Source: Candidatus Poribacteria bacterium (GTDB taxonomy: Bacteria > Poribacteria > WGA-4E > WGA-3G). From it: DNA of 64,000 bases. Position numbers and translations under genes: made by a program. The DNA lies in assembly GCA_965198235.1 (NCBI GenBank), contig OZ240248.1, positions 3,488,001-3,552,000 of the forward strand, written 5' to 3'. Numbering within the stretch: position 1 is the stretch's first letter; every line of letters starts with the position of its first letter. Shown here one piece after another: positions 29,941 to 38,364 of the stretch. Below the pieces are notes generated by a model. It saw only the letters and a program-made list of their open reading frames with translations. It did no database searches and was not told the DNA's origin.

Positions 29941-30810
29941 ATGGCAAGAATCGAACCCTTTTCTGTTTCAAATGACCTCTTAGATCAACCTGAAAAACTC
30001 AGAGAACGCGCACAGCAGGACGGTTATCTCTTCTTTCGGGACTTGATTGATGCCGATTCTATCTACAACCTGCGCCGAGATTTCTTGGGGATCTGTCATC
30101 GACACGGATGGGCACAGGGTGGCGCGGCATTGATGGACGGTGTCCGCACCGGCGGTCCCTTCATGGAAGGCGATGACGGTTATTGGCCCGTGTTAGACGA
30201 ATTCCAAAGTTTGGAATCCTTCCACGCCTTCGCACATCATCCAGCGATTTTAGATGTCTGTGACAAAATCTTCGGTGAGAAGACACTCGTGCATCCGCGG
30301 AATATTGGAAGAATTATGTTCCCGGAGAACACAAAATACACGACACCTGCACATCAAGATTTCATCCATATCCGGGGAACGGAAGAGACCTATACCGGAT
30401 GGATACCGCTTGGGGATTGTCCAGAAAAGTTGGGTGGGTTGTCCGTGTTATCTGGATCGCATCAAAGAGGTATATATCCAGTCAAACCGGCGTTCGGCGC
30501 GGGAGGAGTCGGTGTTGATACAGCACCCTTAGAAGCAGATGGATTCTACTGGGTTGGTGGTGATTACGGTATCGGCGATGCGCTTTTCTTTCACAGTCAC
30601 GTCGTTCACAAGGGACTCCCGAATCAGACCTCGGATCGGATACGTCTCTCGGTGGATTATCGCTATCAAGGCGGCTCCAAGCCAGTAACAGACGGATCGC
30701 TTTTACCGCATTTCAACCGGATGGTGTGGGACGAAATCTACAAGGACTGGGCTTCCACGAAATATCAGTATTATTGGAATGCGTTTGATTTGAACAGAGT
30801 TGAACGGTGA
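29941..30810 (+). CDS. Phytanoyl-CoA dioxygenase (PhyH) family Fe(II)/2OG enzyme
   Basis: TPAHQD, WIPLGD, GDALFFHSHVVH and RLSVDYRY motifs; AAGGAG RBS before the ATG at 29941. Confidence 0.92.
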   Translation: MARIEPFSVSNDLLDQPEKLRERAQQDGYLFFRDLIDADSIYNLRRDFLGICHRHGWAQGGAALMDGVRTGGPFMEGDDGYWPVLDEFQSLESFHAFAHHPAILDVCDKIFGEKTLVHPRNIGRIMFPENTKYTTPAHQDFIHIRGTEETYTGWIPLGDCPEKLGGLSVLSGSHQRGIYPVKPAFGAGGVGVDTAPLEADGFYWVGGDYGIGDALFFHSHVVHKGLPNQTSDRIRLSVDYRYQGGSKPVTDGSLLPHFNRMVWDEIYKDWASTKYQYYWNAFDLNRVER

Positions 30811-31595
30811 AAAGTATTCTGCGGATCCTATTCTATGGCACTTTCTGCTTTATAGTGAGCCTATCTGTGCAGGCACCCGATATGGTTCTCATTCCAGCGG
30901 GCGGGTTCCAGATGGGGAGCGACGATGGAGAACGCGACGAAAAACCGGTGCATACCGTTTACCTTGATGCGTTCTATATCGACCCATACGAAGTAACAGT
31001 TGGGGAATACAAACGGTTCCTTGAAGACACAAACCATCGACCCTTACCGAACTCGGTTTCTCGGACCTCACCAACCGATCAGCATCCTGCCGTAGAGGTA
31101 AGTTGGCACGATGCGATGGCGTATGCCCAATGGGCAGGGAAGCGATTACCTACCGAAGCCGAATGGGAAAAAGCTGCACGAGGTGGTTTAATCGGACAGG
31201 ACTATCCATGGGAAGGTCCGATTGATGCGAACAAAGCAAATTACGGCAAGAAAACGAAATCCGGCACGCATGAGGAACGCACGACACCTGTAGGGACATA
31301 TCCTGCCAATGGCTACGGTTTATACGATATGTCTGGAAACGTCGCGGAGTGGTGCCTTGATACATATCAACGAAAGTTTTATGCGAATGGGCAGCAGCGC
31401 AATCCTATTGCTGGTGCTGAAAACGTTCAACAGATTATCGCAGATGCTGATGCTAATAGAGAACGGCGTGTTGTCCGTGGCGGGTCTTGGAGTTTCAATG
31501 CAAAAAGCGTGCGCGTCGCAAATCGTCTCGCTGAAAAACCGCCTCTGTTGAGTAGTGATGTTGGGTTTCGTTGCGCGCGCGACGTGAAACCTTAA
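30807..31595 (+). CDS. Formylglycine-generating enzyme (SUMF1/FGE-sulfatase) domain protein
   Basis: RLPTEAEWEKAARGG, NGYGLYDMSGNVAEW, RGGSW and GFRC motifs. Confidence 0.93.
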   Translation: MKSILRILFYGTFCFIVSLSVQAPDMVLIPAGGFQMGSDDGERDEKPVHTVYLDAFYIDPYEVTVGEYKRFLEDTNHRPLPNSVSRTSPTDQHPAVEVSWHDAMAYAQWAGKRLPTEAEWEKAARGGLIGQDYPWEGPIDANKANYGKKTKSGTHEERTTPVGTYPANGYGLYDMSGNVAEWCLDTYQRKFYANGQQRNPIAGAENVQQIIADADANRERRVVRGGSWSFNAKSVRVANRLAEKPPLLSSDVGFRCARDVKP

Positions 31596-31650
31596 AAGTA
31601 GTAGGCACACGCCGTGTGCCGTCATAATAGTTCCAAGGAAAAAGAAGCCA

Positions 31651-32748
31651 TTGATCAAATTGCAACAACGAAAACCTAATACAGCAGATATTATCTACTT
31701 TGTAGTGGTGTTAATCGGATGGATAGGAATCGCTGTTTTACCTGTCGCCGCTGAAAACTACACCGGTGATTTTTTGACGAACGGGGTTGGCGGTAGAGCC
31801 CTCGGATTGGGCGGTGCCTACGTAAGCATCGCTGACGATGCAACCGCTACCTATTGGAACCCCGCCGGCATCGCGGGTATCCCCGATAATTATCAATTCT
31901 GTCTGATGCACGCCGCACGGCGTTCCGGATTAGGCGCGTTCAACTATATCAGTGGCACAACACAAGTCCTGTCGAAACTCAACCTCGGATTGTCGTGGCT
32001 CCGCGCAGGGGTAGACGATATTCCTATCTATCCACTCGTTCCTGCGTTCGATCCCAACATTAGTGCAGAGGCACGGCGAAACATCGCGAAAAACCGACCC
32101 AGAGAATCCGATTTCGTTCCAGCGGGTTACCTAAACGACAGCGAAAACGCCTATATTTTGACACTTGCCACGCGTTGGGTCGTGAGTCAGTCGTGGTGGG
32201 ATAATTTCGGGAAGGATTCATTGCCACCGGAGTTTATGTGTGGTATAAACACCAAACTGATTACGCAGCGCCTGAACGGCGGGGATCTTGATACCTATAA
32301 TTATGGGAGTTGGGGATACGGGTTTGATGCCGGATTCCTCGTCCGTTTGCCCGATTTTAATGCCCTTTTCGCTTTGGAGGACTTCGGCAGTCTCGCCTTT
32401 GGTGTCAATCTTCAGGACATCTCAAAAACGACTTTAACTTGGAATACCTTGTCTGCACCTAAGGAATCTATTCCGGCGAATTGGAATATCGGAGTAGCGT
32501 ATACGAACAATCACGTTTTCAACCGAGAGATGATTCTTTCCTATCAGTGGCAACAGCGTTACAGCGGGCAAACGCATATCGGTATAGAATATCGTATCAG
32601 TGAACCGTTGGCACTCCGTGTTGGTTACCGGGATGCCCGCATTACAAGTGGAATCGGCATCCAGGTCCGCCAATTTCGACTTGATTACGCACTCCTCCTC
32701 GGCGACCTAATTAGCACACACTTTCTGAGTCTGTTATGGCATTTTTAA
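31651..32748 (+). CDS. PorV/PorQ (UPF0164)-like outer-membrane beta-barrel
   Basis: FLTNGVGGRALGLGGAYVSIADDATATYWNPAG; C-terminal DYA...H..SL..F. Confidence 0.82.
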   Translation: MIKLQQRKPNTADIIYFVVVLIGWIGIAVLPVAAENYTGDFLTNGVGGRALGLGGAYVSIADDATATYWNPAGIAGIPDNYQFCLMHAARRSGLGAFNYISGTTQVLSKLNLGLSWLRAGVDDIPIYPLVPAFDPNISAEARRNIAKNRPRESDFVPAGYLNDSENAYILTLATRWVVSQSWWDNFGKDSLPPEFMCGINTKLITQRLNGGDLDTYNYGSWGYGFDAGFLVRLPDFNALFALEDFGSLAFGVNLQDISKTTLTWNTLSAPKESIPANWNIGVAYTNNHVFNREMILSYQWQQRYSGQTHIGIEYRISEPLALRVGYRDARITSGIGIQVRQFRLDYALLLGDLISTHFLSLLWHF

Positions 32749-32785
32749 TTTGAAGCCCTGCAAGGATAGACAACGAAGGATACTT

Positions 32786-34015
32786 CTAAACGTTCGGTCT
32801 CGACAAGTTCGGTTGATCGCGTAGCAAAATCAGGAGCGGTGCCAATACCACCGGAATCATCACTAACCCATCGAGCATGATAGGCAAACCGTATTGATCT
32901 CCCAGAACACCTACGATTTTATTCAGTAATCCGCCGACACCCCACGCCGCACCCATCATAAAACTCGACGCAATGTTTTCATGCCCGCGTAAGATCATCT
33001 GTGCTAAGATGATGTTAACCGTAATTGAACTTGAGAGAATCACATTCCCTAAAAAGAGGAGCACAAGGAAACTCGGACCATCAGAGTGCAGCGAGGCATA
33101 GAGAAGCGGCGGCGATCCGAGGAGTGAGACTAACAACAGAACGTAGGTGTTGACTCGGCTGATAAGCCAACCACTCGACATGATACCCATGGAACCTGCG
33201 AAGATGAAGAGTGCAATCACAAGTGAACGCGTTTGGTCCGGATAATTTTGGTCATCCAGATAGATAGATAGGAAGTTTTCCAACCCGACTGCTGTGACGG
33301 TTCGGAACGCCGCAATAATAAATAGCACACTGAGGGGTAGAAGGTGTGGGCGGGCGACAGTCCAAAAAGGTTCTTGCGCTCTCGGTTCCTCGTCTAACCT
33401 TCCGCGCGGCGTAGCGGTGAGATCCAGAGACTTCTCGAATTTCAGCACTTTCGGCACCAACAACGCTAAAAGTACCCCAGGTATCATTTCCCAAACCAAG
33501 TATTGTAAGCCGAAATTGTAGGGAATGAACATCAGCACCAACGGACCGAGTGCCCGACCGATGTTACCGCCTGTGAGAAAAATAGATGTCCCCATACCTC
33601 TACCTTCTGAGGCGAGCGCGCCGGCATACGTCGTCGCTTGTGGATGGAATGAGGCAATGCCGATGCCGCCTATAGCTAATAACAGATATACGACACGAGG
33701 CGAAGGAGCGACCCATAGAAGGCTTAAACCGATCGCAGTGAGGCCGACACCAAACGTCAGGAAGTGCACCGTCCGTACCCGATCCGACAGCCACCCGAAG
33801 AATATTTGTCCGAGTGAGCTAAAGACGCTATAAATCGAGATGAAGTTGCCGGCTAAACTGTTTCGTGTTGCCGCTGAGGTTGCTAACTTTGTCAGCAGGA
33901 GGGGTTGCAGATGCGACAGTAGCGTTGCGTAGGAGTCAAGGACGGTGTGCGATAACGTCAGAAAATAGAACTGTTTCCGAGAAGACGCTTTAGAAAGGTT
34001 TTGAGGGTTTTCCAT
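32786..34015 (-). CDS. MFS transporter (Fsr-like)
   Basis: FGWLSDR, FHPQA and SIFLTGGNIG motifs; about 12 TM segments. Confidence 0.9.
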   Translation of the reverse strand: MENPQNLSKASSRKQFYFLTLSHTVLDSYATLLSHLQPLLLTKLATSAATRNSLAGNFISIYSVFSSLGQIFFGWLSDRVRTVHFLTFGVGLTAIGLSLLWVAPSPRVVYLLLAIGGIGIASFHPQATTYAGALASEGRGMGTSIFLTGGNIGRALGPLVLMFIPYNFGLQYLVWEMIPGVLLALLVPKVLKFEKSLDLTATPRGRLDEEPRAQEPFWTVARPHLLPLSVLFIIAAFRTVTAVGLENFLSIYLDDQNYPDQTRSLVIALFIFAGSMGIMSSGWLISRVNTYVLLLVSLLGSPPLLYASLHSDGPSFLVLLFLGNVILSSSITVNIILAQMILRGHENIASSFMMGAAWGVGGLLNKIVGVLGDQYGLPIMLDGLVMIPVVLAPLLILLRDQPNLSRPNV

Positions 34016-34127
34016 GAGGCGAAATAGATACCGCTTTTCTATGAAGATTTAGATAGTGTGTATTGTAGAATACATCCATCTAAAAAGCAAATCTTTTTTC
34101 CCGTAAACGCTATCGCCGCTATTTTTC

Positions 34128-34190
34128 TCTAAGAGGGGGAAATCCGCAGAAATCCGCAGAAATCCGCAGGGAAACACCCTATGCTCGCGA
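34128..34190 (+). repeat. Degenerate REP interrupted by (AAATCCGCAG)x3-GGAAACACC
   Basis: TCTAAGAGG[GGGAAATCCGCAG AAATCCGCAG AAATCCGCAG GGAAACACC]CTATGCTCGCGA. Compare the intact TGTAGGAGCGAGCTGTGCTCGCGA at 59859. Confidence 0.65.
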
Positions 34191-34312
34191 CTCTTACTGA
34201 CTGCTGATGGCTGACTGCCGATTGCTATTTCTTCTTGACAATTAAAGCCTTCACATATACCATGATACGAATCCCTTAACTATAAAACATCCATAATATT
34301 CACACAGCGAGC

Positions 34313-35305
34313 GTGCCTTTGGACAAGAAGCAACTTCAACGGGTTACTAAAATCGGCTTACCGACGGTCTTAGCAGTCGTCATAGCGTACTTCCTTTTAA
34401 AAGAGATCGACATTCAACAGATACCAAAAACCTTGAGCCGATTGTCAATAAAGGCACTCTTAATCGGGTTCGGATGCTATTGCTTGTTAGTTTTAGCGAA
34501 AGCCCTCCGATTTCGGGCACTGCTCAACCTCGATAGTGGTGTCTATCAGGTCTTCCCGATCTTGGCGATGCATACCTTTTGGGGCAATATCCTTCCGATG
34601 CGGACAGGCGATGTCTCTTATGTCTATCTGATGCAACGCCGTCAGAAGGTGGATGCAACGCAAGGAATCGCTTCGCTGCTGGTCGCAAGCCTGATTGATT
34701 TAGTACTACTAATGGGCTTGGTGGTCGCCACCGCGTGGCTACTGCGCACTGCGCTTCGAGACACATTCTCTGGCACGGTTCTCTATCTCACGCCTCTTCT
34801 GATGGGCGGCGGCTTGGTCGCCGTGGTCGTTTTCGTCTACGCTGCCCCGCGAGCCTGTATGAGATTCGCAGAACGGTGTGCCGGTCCTCTATTGGCACTT
34901 GAAAAGCGACCCGTTTCGTGGACAGTTGATAAAGTCTTGGCAGTGCTTCGGGAACTAATGACCTTCCGATCGAATCGGCGATTCTTGGAGGTCTGGTTAT
35001 ATTCCGTCCTGTGTCTCGTTATCCGTTTCGGGTTTCAATGCTACCTCGTCACCGAGATGGGAGTTGAAATTCCGATGACCGAGGTGCTGTTCGCGCTCGC
35101 ATTTACCAACGTCTTTAACCTGTTGCCCGTTCAAACCGTCGGTAACTTCGGGACAACAGAATTCCCTTTCGTCTGGTTGCTAAACCATTTCGGCACATCT
35201 ATAGAGACGGCGACTGTTACTGGATTTAGTTTGCACATTCTAATTCTACTTTACTGTTTACCCTTAGGCGCGTCCGGGTTCTTGATGAAACCGAAGGAGC
35301 AATAA
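34313..35305 (+). CDS. Lysylphosphatidylglycerol synthase TM / flippase-like (UPF0104) membrane protein
   Basis: KALRFRALL, NILPMRTGD and LPVQTVGNFGTTE motifs; TTGACA promoter at 34235. Confidence 0.85.
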   Translation: MPLDKKQLQRVTKIGLPTVLAVVIAYFLLKEIDIQQIPKTLSRLSIKALLIGFGCYCLLVLAKALRFRALLNLDSGVYQVFPILAMHTFWGNILPMRTGDVSYVYLMQRRQKVDATQGIASLLVASLIDLVLLMGLVVATAWLLRTALRDTFSGTVLYLTPLLMGGGLVAVVVFVYAAPRACMRFAERCAGPLLALEKRPVSWTVDKVLAVLRELMTFRSNRRFLEVWLYSVLCLVIRFGFQCYLVTEMGVEIPMTEVLFALAFTNVFNLLPVQTVGNFGTTEFPFVWLLNHFGTSIETATVTGFSLHILILLYCLPLGASGFLMKPKEQ

Positions 35306-35306
35306 T

Positions 35307-36125
35307 ATGAGAATTATCGATCCGCATGTTCACGTTTGGAAAAACGATCCGCAGTTCCCATGGGCACCGGAGACAGCAAGTCCTCCCACGGAGGATGCAA
35401 CAGCAGACATGCTACTGGAATTGATGGCGACGAACGATGTAGAAAAAACCGTTCTCGTTCAAGTCATCCATTACCGCTGGGATAATAGGTATGCCGCTGA
35501 TGCAATGAAAAGGTATCCTGATAAATTCATGGGTGTCTGCCGAATCAACCCCGAAGATCCGGATGCCCCCGATCACCTCAGCCGTTGGACAGAGGAGGAC
35601 GGTTTCCACGGTGTACGGCTCAGCCCTTCTGTTGGTGATGCAGGCGATTGGTTTGCCGGACCGTTGATGCCGCCTATCTTCCGTCGTGCGGAAACCCTCG
35701 GTGTCCCGATGCTTATTCTCACAGGAGCCGAGCGGTTGGTGGATCTCGTGCCACTCTTGGAACAGCACCCGGACCTTGATGTTGTCATAGATCACATGGC
35801 AGGCTGCTCGCCGGACGCACCTGAGAAGCTTGAATTGCTACTGAATCTCGCGCGATTCCCTCGCGTCTACGTCAAAATTAGCCATACATGGTCGATATCG
35901 AAAACGGGGTACCCGTGGGCGGATACGTATGAACAGGTTAAGAAGGTGTATCAGGCTTTCGGGGGTTCACGGCTGATGTGGGGAACCGATTGGCCCGTCT
36001 GCCTCAGTCGAGCCAGTTATTCAGAGACACTGTCTGTCGTCCGAGATGAGATGGACTTCTTTACACCGGAAGACCGGGAGTGGGTGTTAGGAAAAACCGC
36101 ACTCCGCCTCTGGCAATTCTGCTGA
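35307..36125 (+). CDS. Amidohydrolase_2 family protein
   Basis: IIDPHVHVW, VVIDHMA and LMWGTDWP motifs. Confidence 0.92.
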   Translation: MRIIDPHVHVWKNDPQFPWAPETASPPTEDATADMLLELMATNDVEKTVLVQVIHYRWDNRYAADAMKRYPDKFMGVCRINPEDPDAPDHLSRWTEEDGFHGVRLSPSVGDAGDWFAGPLMPPIFRRAETLGVPMLILTGAERLVDLVPLLEQHPDLDVVIDHMAGCSPDAPEKLELLLNLARFPRVYVKISHTWSISKTGYPWADTYEQVKKVYQAFGGSRLMWGTDWPVCLSRASYSETLSVVRDEMDFFTPEDREWVLGKTALRLWQFC

Positions 36126-36145
36126 AAACCGAAAACTATTTCCCC

Positions 36146-36174
36146 TTGACAAATTTTCGCGCGTATGTTATCAT
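36146..36174 (+). promoter_or_regulatory. Sigma70 promoter
   Basis: TTGACA-17 nt-TATCAT with an extended TG. Confidence 0.65.
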
Positions 36175-36326
36175 AAAAGAATTAAGTTGAATGTAATAAT
36201 AGCGTATCCCCGTTCCCAACCCTCTGCAAAAAAACAGCACCGTGGCAAGGCACCACGCTTTATGAACCCTTATACGCTTTTGCGGGTCAGGTTTCAGCCT
36301 CGCCCCATCCACCGGGAGGAAAAACG

Positions 36327-36674
36327 ATGCCATTCTGTCCACAATGCAATGCTGAATATAAGCCAGAAGTATCAATGTGTTTGGATTGTCACGTAACGCT
36401 CGTACCTCAACCAATACAGACCGAGGTTACGGAATATGGGGACTGGTACACGCTTGAATCTGTACCAAATGAATTAGCGGGAAATATCCTCCAAAGCGTC
36501 TTGGAGGAGGACGGCATCCCCGCTTGCCTACGCTGCCATGAAGCCCCCAATTATGGTGGAGTGAAAGGCAATATCTGGCAATCCGAATGGGGCGATGTTC
36601 TTGTGCCAGCTAATCTACTTCCGCAAGCACGAGAGTGCCTTAAAGTCTATTTCGATTCACTACAGGACCGTTAA
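36327..36674 (+). CDS. Zinc-ribbon plus DUF2007-like protein
   Basis: MPFCPQC...CLDC and ILQSVLEEDGIP; GGAGG RBS. Confidence 0.8.
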   Translation: MPFCPQCNAEYKPEVSMCLDCHVTLVPQPIQTEVTEYGDWYTLESVPNELAGNILQSVLEEDGIPACLRCHEAPNYGGVKGNIWQSEWGDVLVPANLLPQARECLKVYFDSLQDR

Positions 36675-36693
36675 AATCCGCAGGCAGGTTGCC

Positions 36694-36915
36694 ATGAAGG
36701 CCGATCAACTCTACCTTTTTAAGGAAGCAAAATCTCACAAATCTCACAGTCGCCTGGAGGGAAAGGTTCATGTAAGAGGGCACCGTAGGCGCAACGGTAG
36801 TTACGTCAGAGAGCATTGGCGGAGTCGACCTAACCGAAGGTTTGGCATTTCCAGACGGCTTAATACAACAGAGGAGCAGCTCTCCTTCGTTGTAGACAGT
36901 AAAGCCTCAGATTAA
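36694..36915 (+). CDS. Small basic hypothetical protein
   Basis: Carries a VHVRGHRRRNGSYVREHWRSRP motif (VxGYxRxDGTYVxxHxR-like). Confidence 0.55.
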   Translation: MKADQLYLFKEAKSHKSHSRLEGKVHVRGHRRRNGSYVREHWRSRPNRRFGISRRLNTTEEQLSFVVDSKASD

Positions 36916-36999
36916 CACACGTCGAAAGGTTTATGTGAGAAGATACCGGCAAATGGCACGTATTACGCTATCCAAACCTCATCTTCTCGGAAAAACGCT

Positions 37000-38169
37000 A
37001 TGATCTACTTTTTGCGAAGCTTGCAAGTGTCCCGTTTTACTTTCCAATACTTGCAAGCTCATATAATTTTACTGTTTCTCATTTCAACGACCGCACTCTT
37101 CAGCGATGTTTACCGTATCAAAAAAGGGGATACTCTCCTAATTGCGGTGATTGGACAACCAGAGTTTACACACTCCGCACAGGTCCGTGAAGACGGCAGA
37201 ATAAGTTACTTCGGTGGCGATCTTGAGGTTGCCGAACAGACAGTGGAAATGGTGAACCAGCAGATTCGCGAGTTCCTCGTCTCAGAGAGTCTTGTTCGGA
37301 ATCCTGTCGTCATGGTATCGCCGGTGCTACAAGAGAACGGCGTTTTCGTTGGTGGTGCAGTCAAACTTCCCGGACGATATCCCATTTCGCCAGAAATTGA
37401 CATCGGTTTATACCGTGCCATCGCACTTGCAGGTGGTATGGCTGAGAACGCCGATCACCAACAAGTGCAATTAATTCGTACCGACCTGCCACAGAAGGTT
37501 GAAATCTACGATCTCTCACCAACCCACCCTTACCGCGATATCCGCGTCAACGTCAACGATCTCGTGTTCGTCATGCCCCTCAACTCCGTCGAAGTCCAAG
37601 GACAGGTCCAGACACCCGGCAAACTTTTTATTCGGGGACAGATTAGCATTGAGGAGGCACTCGCACGCGCAGGCGGTCTTACCCAAGAAGCAGACCTGAC
37701 CGCACTGGTGAAAGTCGAGAAGAACGGGAATCTATCCGAATTCAACCTCTCTGAGCAGTTTTGGAAATCATCACCGAACGGTGTGCCTTCTCCTGCTCTA
37801 TCAAACGGCGATGTGTTGTTTGTCCCCAATGTCTTCAAAGTCGAGCCTATCTACGTGACCGGCTACGTTCGTAACCCTGGTGTGCAACGGGTTCGCGGAC
37901 CGTTGAATCTCTCGCAAGCCGTCGCTCTCAGTGGCGGGTTTGAAGCATCGGCGAACCGTGAGGAAATCCTCATCCACCGTCGTGACGGCACAACGCTGGA
38001 AGTCCCTTTCATGTCCGATCCTGCTAATGGCGCGACGCAACAGATTTTACTCTATCCGGGCGATGTTTTAGAGGTGAAAAAGAAGTTTCAGGTGAATTGG
38101 AGTCTCGTCAGCACGTTAGGTTACATCATTATTAGCGGTATAACCCTTATACTGAACTTAGCGAATTAA
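37000..38169 (+). CDS. Polysaccharide export protein (Wza-like, Poly_export plus SLBB repeats)
   Basis: YRIKKGDTL...VREDGRIS; three V.G.V..PG / ALA.AGG repeats. Confidence 0.88.
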   Translation: MIYFLRSLQVSRFTFQYLQAHIILLFLISTTALFSDVYRIKKGDTLLIAVIGQPEFTHSAQVREDGRISYFGGDLEVAEQTVEMVNQQIREFLVSESLVRNPVVMVSPVLQENGVFVGGAVKLPGRYPISPEIDIGLYRAIALAGGMAENADHQQVQLIRTDLPQKVEIYDLSPTHPYRDIRVNVNDLVFVMPLNSVEVQGQVQTPGKLFIRGQISIEEALARAGGLTQEADLTALVKVEKNGNLSEFNLSEQFWKSSPNGVPSPALSNGDVLFVPNVFKVEPIYVTGYVRNPGVQRVRGPLNLSQAVALSGGFEASANREEILIHRRDGTTLEVPFMSDPANGATQQILLYPGDVLEVKKKFQVNWSLVSTLGYIIISGITLILNLAN

Positions 38170-38364
38170 GTTGTCCGAATCCAATCCCAATTATATGCTG
38201 CTGGCGAGGTTTCCTAACCTCGCCTGTATTCCAACCGATTTTCGTCCAAACCAACGGACATAATGAACCAATTTCTTATATCGAACTCACGTTCTAAAGG
38301 AAAGTCGTTAATCAAGAAGTGTCTCTAATCCTGTAAATCCTGATTCAGACAACCAAAAACACGC

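Noticed and set aside
36180-36326. Long leader as a possible riboswitch
   Set aside because: Only weak hairpins and no recognisable aptamer consensus.
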